Shown: in pieces, positions 24,336 to 37,325 of the stretch
Layout of the letters: the number at the start of each line of letters is the position of its first letter
How positions within the stretch are numbered: the first letter of the stretch is position 1
Assembly (NCBI RefSeq): GCF_006345805.1
Contig: NC_042997.1
Span: forward strand, 31,868,001 to 31,932,000
DNA: 64,000 bases
Direction: 5' to 3'
Source of the DNA: Octopus sinensis
Lineage: Eukaryota
Translations under genes and position numbers: made by a program
The notes under the pieces: model-generated
The model's database searches: none
The model's input: only the letters and a program-made list of their open reading frames with translations
Told to the model about the DNA's origin: nothing

Positions 24336-24895
24336 ATCTACATAATATCGATATGAGAAGACGACGTCATTTAACCTCTTTTTCAGCCTAGCCTCTTTAT
24401 CTATGTCATCGTGAATGAATGACACCGTAGACCATTACTGAAGGATTTCCTCTGTGGTATGTGTATGTGTGCGTGTGTGCGCGCGCGAATTGATATCCAG
24501 CATAAATACAAAGCTACGAATCTATGTGAGCTGAGTGAGCATAGTCGATCAAACCATCCGCAGTAATTAAATTGGCTGGTAATTTATTTTTATTGACCCA
24601 TCAAAGATGAAAAGGCTGAGTTGACTCCTGCAAAAATGAACACAGAGCGTAAAATACTGTGACTAAAAACGAACAAAGCCTTTTGTCCGACGCTCTACCA
24701 AATATGCCAATCCATAGCCCTATATATTACCGACAGTGTGTATAAATGGACTTTTTTATTCATTCATTCTTTTTTCTCTTCTTTATTTCAATCATTTGAC
24801 GACGACAATATTCTCCTAACCTAGTTATTCTTCAGAAGCCCTTGGAATGCTATCCACATCTCATGGAGCCCTACAGTGAAACTACTATATATCTG

Positions 24896-25306
24896 AGATC
24901 TTTTCGGTTTGAACGGCAGTTTTTTCTAGCGGTGTCATATGAAATTGTCACCCATAATTATGACCCTAGTATCGATCTATTGCATTTCAATCTGTTTTAG
25001 GGTTAGGGGTGGGGGAAGGATATCTTTTTTACTTTACAAATGTAAATAAACCCAATCTGTTTCTTAAACGAGGGACATATTCATACGGCACAGAATATTT
25101 TTTTACCTCAATAGACGTATTTGATTGGTTGAAGTTGCAGAAATTGAAGAAAAAAAACAACAAATATCTTACAAATTATAGAATTTTCTCAATAAAGCCA
25201 AGATAAAAAGTTGTTTTATAAACACATTCTACCAGTAAACGAAGTTTAAAATTTTTTAGTTACCTAGAAATTATGTTAAAAACTGCCGTTCAAACCGAAA
25301 AAAGCC
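24896..25306. mobile_element. MITE related to the 18975 element
   Basis: TIR TTTTCGGTTTGAACGGCAGTTTT at both ends; right arm shared with 19220-19403. Confidence 0.7.
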
Positions 25307-25684
25307 TATATCCGTATTTATCTTTTTCCTTTCTCTTTCATAAAGTTAAATTTCATTGGAGATTAAACAAATCATAAAACTGACTTTGAAAGGTTTTTCT
25401 TCTCTTTTCTTTTTCTTTTTTTTTTTTTTAATCTTTATCTCTCTTGAATTCTGCCCGGGGACTCATAGGTTTCCATGGCATATAAGTAACCGAAACCACA
25501 ACATTCCCTTGAACGGGACACTGGTCCATTGCAGAGTTCACGGTCAGCAATCTTTAGGGGAGGGGACAAGTCGATTACACCGAGTTTCAATACTTGACAG
25601 TTACTTTATTTTATTGACTCTGAAATTTGACATCGGCGGGATTTGAACTCGGAACGTTAACAGCCGGAAGAAATGCCGCCAAGC

Positions 25685-26535
25685 GGAGTAGGAAGAGAAC
25701 TGTAAAATTTTTTGGGCTCTGCACAACTGCTCTGCACATCCTCTTCTTGAACTTCTAGTGGAAAATAATGTTTTTGGTATTTATTCTCTGCAAAATGTGT
25801 CATCTTTAATAAGCCTTGAGAGCAAGGAATTTTACACTCCGTGATGACCAAATATAAAGGCATTTTTTGACTACTTGTTTGATGCTGTTAATAAAGATTC
25901 ATGACTTCAAAACTCATTGAAATAGTTCAGTCTAAATCAGTGCTTCTCAAACTATCTGATGAGGTGTACCAGTAGTTTTTTTATTTTCCAATGTGCCAGG
26001 GACCGGTAATATTTCTTAGTAATATTAATTTATACTGGAAACAATATATATAATGAATATAATAAAAGTTGACAATTTTTTATCTTATATTTATTTTGTA
26101 AACAAATAATCCAATAATACATAAGTATTTTATAATGTTTCTTTCTTTTCTGGAAACTCGCCGCGTATCGGCAGCTGATGGCTTGCGGATCGGCACCGGT
26201 CCGCAGACCACCACTCTGAGTAGTACTGGTCTAAAGGATGCTATTTTTGTACTTGTTAATGCTTGGAAAGATGTTACTTAAAGAAAAAAAAAAGCATTTT
26301 TTAAAATGCTTGGCGCAATCTTTTGCCTACTATCATCGATGGAAATGAGCTTTCGGATGAAGATGTTGAAGAATTTCATGTGACCAACGAAAAGACGACA
26401 TCAAACCTCATTGCTTGAGCCAAAAATTTAGACAACAGCTGACGTCGATGAAGAGCTGCACGTTGACAATGCTACACGTGTTGCGCATTCCTTGAGTGAT
26501 GGAGGGATAGCTGAAATGGTGTTGAATAAGACAAA
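25685..26535 (+). mobile_element. pogo/Tigger (JRKL/TIGD-like) transposase remnant, interrupted by a hAT MITE
   Basis: Manual translation: LHNCSAHP...NVSSLI..., FSLKDAIFVLVNAWKDVT (rejoined across the insertion), KNAWRNL, HSLSDGGIAEMVLN; stops and frameshifts. Confidence 0.72.
25938..26228. mobile_element. hAT (Charlie-like) MITE
   Basis: CAGTGCTTCTCAAA / CTGAGTAGTACTG termini; 8-bp TSD gtctaaat/gtctaaag; removing it restores the Tigger reading frame. Confidence 0.78.
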
Positions 26536-26650
26536 CATGATGATGATGATGATGATGATGATGACTATGATGGTGGTGGTGGTGGTGGTGGTGGTGGTGG
26601 TGGTGGTGGTGGTGATGGTGATAGTGATGGTGGTGGTGATGATGATGTTA

Positions 26651-27017
26651 GGCGCAGGAGTGGCTGTGTGGTAAGTAGCTTGCTAACCAACCACACGGTT
26701 GCGGGTTCAGTCCCACTGCGTGGCATCTTGGGCAAGTGTCTTCTGCTATAGCCCCGGGCCGACCAATGCCTTGTGAGTGGATTTGGTAGACGGAAACTGA
26801 AAGAAGCCTGTCGTATATATGTATATATATACGTATGCGTGTGTTTGTGTGTCTGTGTTTGTCCCCCTAGCATTGCTTGACAACCGATGCTGGTGTGTTT
26901 AGGTCCCCGTCACTTAGCGGTTCGGCAAAAAGAGACCGATAGAATAAGTACTAAAAGGTGGTGCTCCAGCATGGCCGCAGTCAAATGACTGAAACAAGTA
27001 AAAGAGAGAAAAAGAGT
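26651..27017 (+). mobile_element. SINE family B
   Basis: GGCGCAGGAGTGGCTGTGTGGTAAG head through GACTGAAACAAGTAAAAGAG tail; small deletion in the 3' half. Confidence 0.9.
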
Positions 27018-28931
27018 ATACCAATTTCTCTAAAACTCAATGCGGTATTTTCTAAATCTATCTAGCTGGTGACCATTCATACGCAATACGCAGAACCGTA
27101 TTGCAAGACAGGAAATGTTACCTGCAAAAGTTTTCTCATAATTTATCTTTATCGTCAAATAAAAACATCAAATAATTAGAATCCATTATTTTTTAATCCA
27201 TAAGTTATCGGGAAACAAGGAGTTCCTTGTGTGTAAAATGATTAAAAATTTCAAGGTCATTAATCGGTACGATGCTGAAAGTTAAGGCCTTGGAAGAAAG
27301 GGTTTAGCTACAGAAAAATATGCTCATATTGCGTGAATCTGCAATGTAGTGGTGGTTTGCATTGGTAAATTTCGGTAAATGTCAATTCAGTCAAGCCACT
27401 AAACACTACGTCGAGTTCTTCGTCAGCAAAGCCCACCGTGTGCATCTCAGAGGACGGGTATACACAATATACGGGAGGAGGAGGAGCCAAGTAGATTTTA
27501 GTAGGAAGCGGTTCGAGACTAACCAGCTCCGATGCACAAAGTAAGATAGCACGCGTCTGTTGGCGAGAAGTTGGCGTGTGATGGTGAGCGACTCCATCTC
27601 AATCAGTTCAGTGGCCTTTTGGAGATTACAATACAAGTTGCTTGCGAGTGCCGCAGCAGCACTGTCCCAGTTGTGGGAGCAGTTTCCATTGTAATTTTAG
27701 CTGAGCTTTGTAGTGAGTTACCAACCAACTGTTAGAAGCTGAAATATTTTCTGGCTCTCAAGAGGAAAACAAGGTTTGAAGATGTCGTTTTGACATTTAT
27801 TTTATTGGCCCTTCAGAAATGAAAAAGGCTCAATCGATATATTCACCACCACTAACACCATCACCATGGGGTTTGACCTCAGAATGTTGACTAATGAAGC
27901 TAAAAGCTACAAAGTATTTACTCCGTCACCCTACAGTTTCTGTTAGTCTACCATATTTAGTTCGAACCGCCGAACCTGAGATAAAGGGTTTCAATCTCTG
28001 TTTAAGTGATAATTACTGAGATTGGCTTTTCATATGTCCACAAGCCTCAAATTTGTAAAGACAGATGGTAGTAAAGAATTAAATGAATTGGCACCTAAGG
28101 CATTTGTCTGCGAACACGAAGATTGCCACTTCGAATCTCGTCGTCGGAACCCAGAATGGAGCTTCTATGCGATCAGCCGGAAACAATAACCAAATTATTC
28201 TAAAAAAAAGAAAAAAAAAAAAAGGATTTTCTGTTTTGAAAAAATACACGGACACATTAAATAATGTAGGCTATATACCCAATACTCAATGTTCGAGAGA
28301 AGGAGGCGATGGTTGCTACTAGAGTACTTTTGATCTGTCAGGACTGACCTACAGCAAAACAACAACAACAACAATAACTAGCTAATTATTTTATCGTACC
28401 GTGGGAACTGAGAATGATATCAACCATGTCGAACAATTTTGCTTTATTTTATCAATCACGGAAAAGTACAACAAGCCATACAAAGCACCTCTATGCAGTC
28501 ACTCGGCCACGAGAATTTGTAACATGTTGTCTATAAAAAGGACGGATTGAATGATACATTCCTAGATTGAGTATGGCATGCTTTTGGTAGGAGTGTCTTT
28601 GATTATAGGTGTACCCAGTCAAGGCTGACCCGTCACAACAATAACGGGCACGACGGAAAAACGGATAGTAAGTTTATGCATTCTACATTAAGAATGCAGG
28701 TCAACTAAAAGGTATCTTGTAACGCAGGATAAATTCCCATGAATGCATGAAGAACATTGGCTAATATGTTTAATACGTAATCAATTGAAGTTACATTCAT
28801 AGGCTTGGCTGTGTGGTAAACAGTTTACGTCCCAACCACATAGTTCCGGGTTCAGCACCTTGGGCAAGTGTCTTCTTCTATAGCCTTGAGCCAACCAAAG
28901 CCTTGTGAGTGGATATGATAGACAGAAATTT

Positions 28932-28997
<66 letters not shown>

Positions 28998-29409
28998 AAA
29001 CAAGTCAAAATAGAAAATGCTAAAATAATTTTATAAAGAACATTTCAGTACCTGTAACGATTAAATAATTAAATTTAGAAAAATTAAAAGAAAAGTTTTT
29101 TTAAAGGAATATATGTATAGTGTTCAAATATAAGTGGCATTCTGCCTTTCTCTGTCTCCCTTGTTTGCACTTGTGTGTTCGAGGCCGTTGTGAATTCTTG
29201 GTAGGGTAGAAGAAGAAGAAGGTTGATGAGGAGAGGGGGTGGAAAAATTTGGGAGTGCCTTGATGGTCGTATTTTGAATGGTCAGTGACGGCTAGCAGTT
29301 GCAGTTCAATTCAGGAGAAAATTTCTATTGAAAGGTTTGTTTATGGAATTTGCGTAGGTGTTATACTAAAAAGCATTAGTAATAAGTTATATATATATAT
29401 ATATATAAA

Positions 29410-30700
29410 CGGTAGTCTGCTTGGTTGTCTGTATATTTGTGTCAATTTGCCGAGCAGGGTGGCCAATCTCACCTAAAAATGGGCCGAGAAGAAGCTGTCC
29501 CTGAAAGGGAGGGCGGAGGTAGCGAATGTATTTATCGCATCCGTCATCACCTACGCCTGCTTTTACGCTTTTTGTGGAGAGACAGAGGTCCACTGGTTAG
29601 ATGCTCTATTTGCTGTCAACTACCGCTAAATGGAGGCCTTAGCTGAAAATGCGCAGACATACGCTATGGCTAAGACATCTCCAGCTCTACCTAGACGATG
29701 AACAGGTGTAGTCACCCTTCGTGAAACTCTACTTCCCACAGTTCATCTCATTTAATGAACTGAACTCGTGGATCAAACGTAGACTTAGGTTGGGTGCTTG
29801 GCAGGCCGAGTGCTGGCTCTCTCGCTTCTCTGCCGAACGGGCAATGCGAGCGGCGGGGGCTCCACCTCGTCCTTTTATAGCGGGTTAGTGGCTGGTAAGT
29901 GCGACGATGTCCTAGGATAGACTCTGGATTCCGGAGAACTTTTGGGCCGGGGACCATGGATAACTACCAGAAATCCCTGGCCTGGCAAGGCTACCGAGGA
30001 GCTCTGCCTGTTCGCGATAAACTCTTCAGGCACAGATGTGCAGACACGCGGACACGTCCGAGATACGAACAGAGCAACGAAACTGTTCTGCATGCTATCG
30101 TACAGTGTCCGTTGATTTCGGATCTTTGGGTTTACGTAGATCACCTGCTGTCGCATCTGGGAGGAGTACAGATATCAACTGAGTCCACCATCAAGATTGT
30201 CCTACCTCCTTCCCTTAGCCGGGAAAGGTAGTCAACTTTTCTCCGTTTGGTTGCTATAGCGAAAGGGGTCGTGTGGTTGACGAGAGTGAAAGGCATTAAT
30301 TACAACGGGTAACTTTCTCGCAGGTCAAAGTTTATTAAATTATTTTTCTTATTATCTCAAAAGTAAAATAAGGTGTGAGAGAGAGAGGGGGGAGAGATGT
30401 TACCGCCGCGTGTGTTCAGGACTAGATGGATGCAAGTGACGCGATCGTTGAGCGTGAATGTGGCCAACTTGAACGTACTACCGTAGTCTCCTGTGTGAGA
30501 GCAGTGCTGGGTCGTGGCTTATGGGGTCTCCATGCCCAACATTTCATCTAGTTATCTCATCATTATGCCATGTCTGATTTCTATCTTGTTATTTCTTTTT
30601 GTTCTTCCATCTGCTCAGTCAAACCTGTTGCAGACCCCTAAATGTTCTCGACTGTCCTGTATTGTCCCTCTATGTCGGTCCTAGAGATCAATAGAGAATT
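29410..30700 (+). mobile_element. Tx1/L1-clade LINE, 3' part of ORF2 plus 3' UTR, degenerate
   Basis: WAEKKLSLKGRAEVANVFIASVITY (L1/Tx1 post-RT motif), SICCQLPLNGGL, GALPVRDKL...ETVLHAIVQC (decayed CCHC knuckle); 3' UTR ends ...CAATAGAGAATT. Confidence 0.82.
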
Positions 30701-30702
30701 AA

Positions 30703-30942
30703 ATTTCTTATCGAACAACCACACAGATAAATTGTTTATAGTGATCAAATGTCTGTGTACACATAAGCTCACTTCCTCCATCAAATCGGCATTACCTGTA
30801 CAGGTGCAACGGGTGCCACAGGTCAGATAACGAAATGATCGCAGAGCAACGTGTAATGAAGTGCTTTGCTCAGGAACAATAACGCAACGCCCGGTCTGGG
30901 AATCGAACCCACGATCTCGCAATCGCAACACCCTAACCACTA
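30703..30942 (-). mobile_element. tRNA-derived SINE, family F
   Basis: GTGGTTAGGGTGTT...GGTTCGATTCC A/B boxes; homologous copy at 46420-46735 (+); related heads at 42540, 43385, 61600-61903 and 62370-62595 (-). Confidence 0.72.
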
Positions 30943-30964
30943 ACCCACATATATACATACATAT

Positions 30965-31030
<66 letters not shown>

Positions 31031-31032
<2 letters not shown>

Positions 31033-31300
31033 CACGCTGAGAGTTGCTGAAGCATGGAACAAACTGCTGGCATCAGTTGTTAGTTGTCGGAGCCCTGCAT
31101 CCTTCAAAACTTCCATGCTTTCTGAGATTCGCCAACACTGCACCTGATTTCCTTCCCCTCCATACACACGCAAGCATGTATTGACTTATACACTGTTCAC
31201 TTCCCAGACATTTGTACATTACTGCATATACTTTATACGCACTTTCTGACAAGTTGTGGTGCACCTGAGCACTGTATACAATAATTTCATTATTATTATT
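31031..31300 (+). mobile_element. 3' end of a CR1-type LINE with (ATT)n tail
   Basis: FTLRVAEAWNKLLASVVSCRSPASFKTSM matches the CR1 ORF2 C-terminal pattern FxxRVxxxWNxLPxxVVxxxSxxxFK. Confidence 0.7.
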
Positions 31301-32859
31301 ATATATATCGTCAGAAAAAGAAGCACACTCTAAACCATTAGTGCAGTAATATATTTTTTAGGGAATTAATTATGGCCGTACAGAGAGTGACCAGCCATAG
31401 TGACCAGTCAAGCACTTATTGGTATAGGCGACTCGTCAGGCCCAAATGGCCATTTGATCTGAGGCGTCGCCTTTACTGCTAAGCGCTTTATGGGTGGGAA
31501 ACCAATGGTCACTCTCTGACCTGCCATAACAATTAAATTCCCAAAATCTGTGTTTGTGTGTGTGTGTGTGACTGTGTGTTTGTCCTCACTCCCGCTGTTT
31601 GACAACTGGTGCAGGTGTGTTTAAGTCGCCGTAACATTAGTGGTTCGGCAAAAGTGATCAATAGAATAAGTACAAGCCTTTAAAAAAGAGATTAGACTAA
31701 AAATTCTTCAAGGCGGTGCCCCAGCGTGGCCGCAGTCTAATGACTGGAACAGTTTAAAAGGTACTAAAAAAAAACAGTTAACTAATCACATCAAATGTTA
31801 ACCTATAGTATATGTAAGATACTCAAGTTTTCATACAAAATACGTGTTCAAATAATTCTAGTATGTTTACAGACAACTTCGAGCGAGAGATAGCGCCGAA
31901 ATTAGGCATACGCCAAACAAGATATAGTTTAAAACCGCTCGGTCTGGACTTCCAAGTAAATATGTTTTCAATTTGTCTGAGGCTGAAAGTAACTTTTTAA
32001 TGAATTGCCTCCAAGCTACATATATCTTAAGGCCTCACCAAATCTAAATTTACTGCATGGGAAGAAAGAGGCATTCAATTCAAAGATTAACACAAAATCG
32101 AGTTTAGCGCGATTCGAACTCAGAATGTAAATGCCTTAAGGCGCTTTATTTATTTTGCTATCCAATGTCTGCTTCGCTCTAAAAATGTTACTGTTTTCTA
32201 ACAAGGTCCCAGGGTCGGAAATTTGCGAGGAAGTGAGAACCGCTGATTATAATGCCTCTTTTACTTGACCAGTATTTTATTGTATTTAGTCGATAAAGAT
32301 GAATGGTACTTAGATCGTAATGATTACTTTTATTTATAAAGATTTATCGAAAGACCAGTTGCTGAGATACCAAAAATTCTCCACAAATGGTTGAGTAGAT
32401 AGAATTTGATAGAAGGATTTGGAAGAGTTGTGATTTTCTTTCATGTAAATAAATGTTTTTGTTAATTCTATAATTTGCCAGCAAAATCTTATAAAACGAC
32501 AATGTCCTAAAAGATGTACATGTTTATATTTTATTTATGAAAATAAAATTGGTTAGTTTTGATTAATAAAGCCCGTCAGTGAACAAACAGGTCGCGGTCT
32601 CAAAGCGACGAAAATATTTTGACAAATTAAATTTAAATGTTGTAGTGAATGAATCTAACGGATTTTGTGTGTTTTTTTTTTAAATGGCTTATAAACATCT
32701 TCCACGCTGCAAAGTACAAAAAAAAATATATATCAACTTTTTTATAATTATATTGCCTGCTTTTTTTTTATTTAGTTTTTAATGACAACATTAAAATGTT
32801 GTATATAAAATGTGAGTGAAGGAAAAAGATGGAGTTGAGAGGAGAGTATGAGATAACCA

Positions 32860-33038
32860 TCACCGCTAGCACCACTACTAACTTTACCATCACTAATATA
32901 TAACCAGCATCACTACAGCCTCTGCCACCGCCACCAGCATCACTACTACTACTACTACTATTACAATCACCACCACTACAACTACTATCGCCACCATTAC
33001 TCTATTACTACTACTACTGCTACTACTATTACAACTAT

Positions 33039-33071
<33 letters not shown>

Positions 33072-33860
33072 AATAATCACCACCACTACAACTACTATCG
33101 CCACCATTACTCTATTTCTATTATTATTACTACTACTACTACTACTACTACTACTGCTGCTGCTACTACTATTACAACTATTACTACTACTACTACTACA
33201 ATAAACACCACCACTACAACTACTATCGCCACCATTACTCTATTTCTATTATTACTACTACTACTACTACTGCTGCTACTACTATTACAACTATTACTAC
33301 TACTACTACTACAATAAACACCACCACTACAACTACTATCGCCACCATTGCTCTATCTCTATTACTACTACTACTACTACTGCCGCTGCTACTACTATTA
33401 CAACTACTACTACAATAATCACCACCACTACAACTACTATCGCCACCATTACTCTATCTCTAGTACTACTACTGTTGCTGCTGCTACTATTACAACTATT
33501 ACGACTACAACTACTACTACTACTACTACAATAATCACCACCACTACAACTACTATCGCCACTATTCTTTTTATTTTTTTTGTTCTTTTCTTCTCTTTTA
33601 CGATCCCTCTTGATCGAAAACCTACGCCACCCCCTTTTTTTCATCCCCCCAAAAGAAAAGCTCTACCTTGTAACTTGTCCCATCTGTGTGCAGCCCTGTG
33701 TGGCCAATAAAGAAACTATCTCTATTACTACTACTACTACTGCCGCTGCTGCTACTATTACAACTATTACTACTACTACTACTACTAGTACTACTACAAT
33801 AATCACCACCACTACAACTACTATCGCCACCATTACTCTATCTCTATTACTACTACTACT
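32860..33860. repeat. ACT/ACC-rich minisatellite (about 80-bp higher-order unit) with an inserted LINE 3' UTR at 33560-33714
   Basis: Recurrent CAATAATCACCACCACTACAACTACTATCGCCACCATTACTCTAT unit separated by variable (ACT)n. Confidence 0.9.
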
Positions 33861-34290
33861 ACTACCTGTAGCAGAGAACAGCAACAACCGACGAATCGCA
33901 TGCAGGAACGTCACGACCGTATTATTATTATGAAGGCGAGGTTTTTCCGTCTGGTGGACTTTCAGTAATAGAAAGAGCAGCAGCAGCATTCAGCAGTAGT
34001 GTGTAACCCCAGGATTCTTTGTAGCAGCGACGTTACGAGCCTCTATAAATATTGTTGGACCGTAGTCTGTTGAGTGGTGTTTAGTTTTTTTTTTAAACTT
34101 TCGCCCGTTTGTTTAAATTGGGAAAATATAGTCCATTTTTTCTATACTGTAGTTAGGAAAAAAAAAAAACGAAAAAAAAAAAACGATATACATTCACCAC
34201 ATATACAATCTACACCCGACTGTAACCCTCTAAAAAAATACAGCTTGTTTTATCTATCGTTCTTGTCCCTTATTTCTTCTAAGTGACAGA
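33860..34290 (+). promoter_or_regulatory. Probable FLOT1 promoter / 5' UTR region
   Basis: Unique CpG-retaining sequence directly upstream of the ATG; TATAAAT at 34044-34050; pyrimidine tract with AG at 34282-83 or 34288-89 suggests an upstream non-coding exon. TSS not determinable. Confidence 0.4.
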
Positions 34291-34336
34291 ATGGGATTCG
34301 AAGTGTGTGGACCTAACGAGGTGATGGTCGTCTCAG
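34291..34336 (+). CDS. FLOT1: Flotillin-1, first coding exon (MGFEVCGPNEVMVVS-G, phase-1 donor)
   Basis: Translation matches the flotillin-1 N-terminus (human MFFTCGPNEAMVVSG; flotillin-2 has HTVGPNEALVVSGG instead); canonical CAG|GTAAGT donor at 34337, splitting the Gly codon as I recall for vertebrate FLOT1. No later exon found in the window. Confidence 0.9.
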
Positions 34337-34439
34337 GTAAGTTAGTCTTTTTACCTTTTCTCTTTTTCATTTTGTTTCTCACCTTGTTTTTCTCTTTCCA
34401 CCCCGCCTTGTTTTCTGTTTCCTCTCTCTCCCCCTCTCT

Positions 34440-34735
34440 CTCTTTTCTCATTCTATCTATTCTTCAAGCTCTCTCTCTCCCCTTCTCTCTCTTTTCCCAT
34501 TCTATCTATCCTTCAAACTCTCTCTCTTTTCCCATTCTATCTATCCTTCAAGCTCTCTCTCTCTTTTCCCATTCTATCTATCCTTCAAGCTCTCTCTCCC
34601 CCTCTCTCTGTTTTCCCATTCTATCTATCCTTCAAGCTCTCTCCCCCCTCTCTGTTTTCCCATTCTATCTATCCTTCAAGCTCTCTCTCCCCCTCTCTCT
34701 CTTTTCCCATTCTATCTATCCTCCAAGCTCTCTGT
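34440..34735. repeat. CT-rich minisatellite (TTCCCATTCTATCTATCCTTCAAGCTCTCTC core, about 8 copies)
   Basis: Directly visible; explains the intronic continuation of ORF 34291..34776. Confidence 0.9.
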
Positions 34736-36887
34736 TCATTTTCTCCTCTCAATTTGTTTCATCTCTCTTCACCTAGTTTTTCTATTCCCCTTTTCTTTCT
34801 CCCCCTCTATGTTTTCTTTCTCCCTTTCCTTAAAGCTCTCTCTTCTCCCTCCCTCCCTCACTCTCACCTATTTTCTACCTCCCCTTCTCTCTGTCATTCA
34901 TTTACACCCAACACCCAACAAACACACACACACGCACGCACACACACACAAAACCATTCCTCCTGACGCCCACCTCGTAAACTCCCCCAAAACATCAACA
35001 GTAAAATTGATTAAAATTGGTTCAGCTTTTGCGATATCAATACAATAACAATAGCAACACTAATAGTAGCATCAGTAGCAACACTAGTTGTATTGCTTTC
35101 TCAAATATTAGTAATTACTATAATGTATTAGTAGTTGTTGTAATTCAAGTACTGTCAATAGGTAGTTGCAGCAACAGTAGTGGTAGTTGTTGTTTAATCC
35201 CAGGTTGGCCATTAGCAAGCAGGCCTATAGTCAAAAGTGTTCCAACCGTGACAGTCTCGTTTATTTGTCTACAACTATACTGTATCTAAAAACTACGTGA
35301 TTTTTCTGTGTCCCTTCATTTAGGGTATGTTTTGGGGGTAGATTTCTGACAGATTCATGGCTCTCTTGCTGATAGTTTAAATTGTTTAGCTCCCCAGGTC
35401 AGCTCTGCTAAAAGAAGACATGATACCCATTTAGGTCGTTCCAAATGTGACCAACCCATTTTTTATTCATGCAGTATATATCTAGGACTAACATACCCAA
35501 GATGTCCTTAACCTTTTTTTTTTAAGACAACAGCGAGAGATTTATTTGTTAATTTCTAAAGTTCATTCGACCACGTAGAGGTTAACTCGTTATTTTGTGT
35601 GCAGTTTTAGAAATGAATAAATAAAAGTAGTAATTTTCCATTGTAAATCCCTTTTCTATTGATAACATATACAGTGGCGGTAGTTATTGTGATTATGTTT
35701 GTAGTAGTAAGTTGTTTTCTTCACACACCCACTGCAAATTTTTCGTGATTCATAAAAAATTATACATTAGAATTTCGTTCTGTTTCGACTTGATGTTCGA
35801 AAAGTATTCATGCTGTTACCATCTTATTTTTGTTTCTTTTTGTGTAAATATGGGGCGCCATTATCCTATATGTCCTTTTAAAAAGATAAGGTGAGGTTTG
35901 AGGGATATTTGGTTGCTTTTTCTTCTATATTTTTGCATTTTTTAAGCAGATCTACCCATCCTGTAGCAGCTATCATGTTGGCTCAGTTACAGAAGGGAGG
36001 TTGCTTTCCATTTCTTATAAAGGTCATTAAAATTAGATAGCAGTAACATAGAAATTGTTCAATCTGATAATAAACTTTCTTTTCGAAAAGAAAAGAAAAC
36101 AAATGGGTGGAGGTCTGCGAATAGGTCATTCACACAAGTTGGATTTTCTCCGTTTTGACGAGGATTTTTCAGATCTTTTTTTTTTTTCCTTCACTACTTA
36201 CTACAAAATGATGGGCGCCAACCGACGCCAAAGTAAAGAATTCGTTCAGGTTGTTTATTTTGTTAATGTTTCTGTATGTAATTAAGAAATATATATTGAG
36301 AAAGGTGCAAACAGATCTGAACTTCTGGTAGCAAAAAAAAAAAAAAAATGGTAACGGATGCTTGTAAACGAGTGTTTTGTTATTGCTTCCCCTCTTTAAT
36401 TAATCGAATTAATTGCTGAAAAAAAGGTACTAAAAAGATAATTCCGTCATGCTACAAATGAAATTAAGATCTCCCTTAATGCTTTACCAGACGTATAAAG
36501 AGTTTAATACGTTAATGGTAAGCTCGAGAATCCTCTACATGGGCGCTAGCATGCTAGAACCAGCAGCCAAATTTACTCCAAATCACTAGCTGCTCTCTTT
36601 AACTCACAGGCACATCACAAAGGACATTGATTAAAAAAAAAACAGTCTTGATGATTGTACATGTATCTGCCTGATTAATGCGCTGACCTGGGACTGACAA
36701 ATTAACGATTTGATAATCTGAATTTCAGCAGCAATTTCACTGTTTGTTCTGTTCTGTTTTTCATAATTTTTTAGAAATTAGACAGAACATTAAAAGCCAC
36801 CAACGATATCTTTCATTCAATCCGTGTTTTATTGCGGACACATTCTCTCTCTCTGGATTGCCCTCTCTGTCTCTCTCTCTGTCTCTC

Positions 36888-36919
<32 letters not shown>

Positions 36920-37220
36920 ACTCTGTCTCTGTCTCTCATGGAGTTGTACAATTTGCACTATTAAATCTTATAAAGTACACCTTCCCCAATCGTTGTCGCA
37001 GTCATCATTTCTGGCGTTTCTGCATCGCTTACTTCATACCTGAAGCTCAATATTCTCTCGATTTGTTGCTGTTTAGTCGCGGGAAACTCTGGCTGAGCAA
37101 ACCTATGATCAAAAAATGTGTTTACTCTGACCATCTCCTCCTCCTTTCGAACTTCTCGTATCTAAAACTACATTATCTATTGTCTCTGTCTCTTTAAGAT
37201 CGTAGGGCAGGGTATGAATA

Positions 37221-37325
37221 AAAATTTATATATAAAGAACATGAAATACACGAAGGGACGAACACGGAAAACAGACAAGTCATTCGAAGCTTTCAATCTT
37301 CAGTCAGAAACCGAATCATCATGGC
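37221..37325 (-). mobile_element. 105-bp interspersed element (Penelope-end-like, tentative)
   Basis: Homologous inverted copy at about 46228-46345; boundaries defined by the adjacent empty-site duplicate at 37412-37535. Confidence 0.55.

Noticed and set aside
24996-25012. TTAGGG telomere-like motif
   Set aside because: Only about two units, inside a MITE.
27300-27700. Possible Gypsy RT remnant (VNFGKCQF)
   Set aside because: A single short motif with no supporting YxDD or LTRs; too weak to call.
34337-34776. Continuation of the 161-aa ORF starting at the FLOT1 ATG
   Set aside because: Homology stops at the GTAAGT donor; the remainder is pyrimidine-rich intron and minisatellite.
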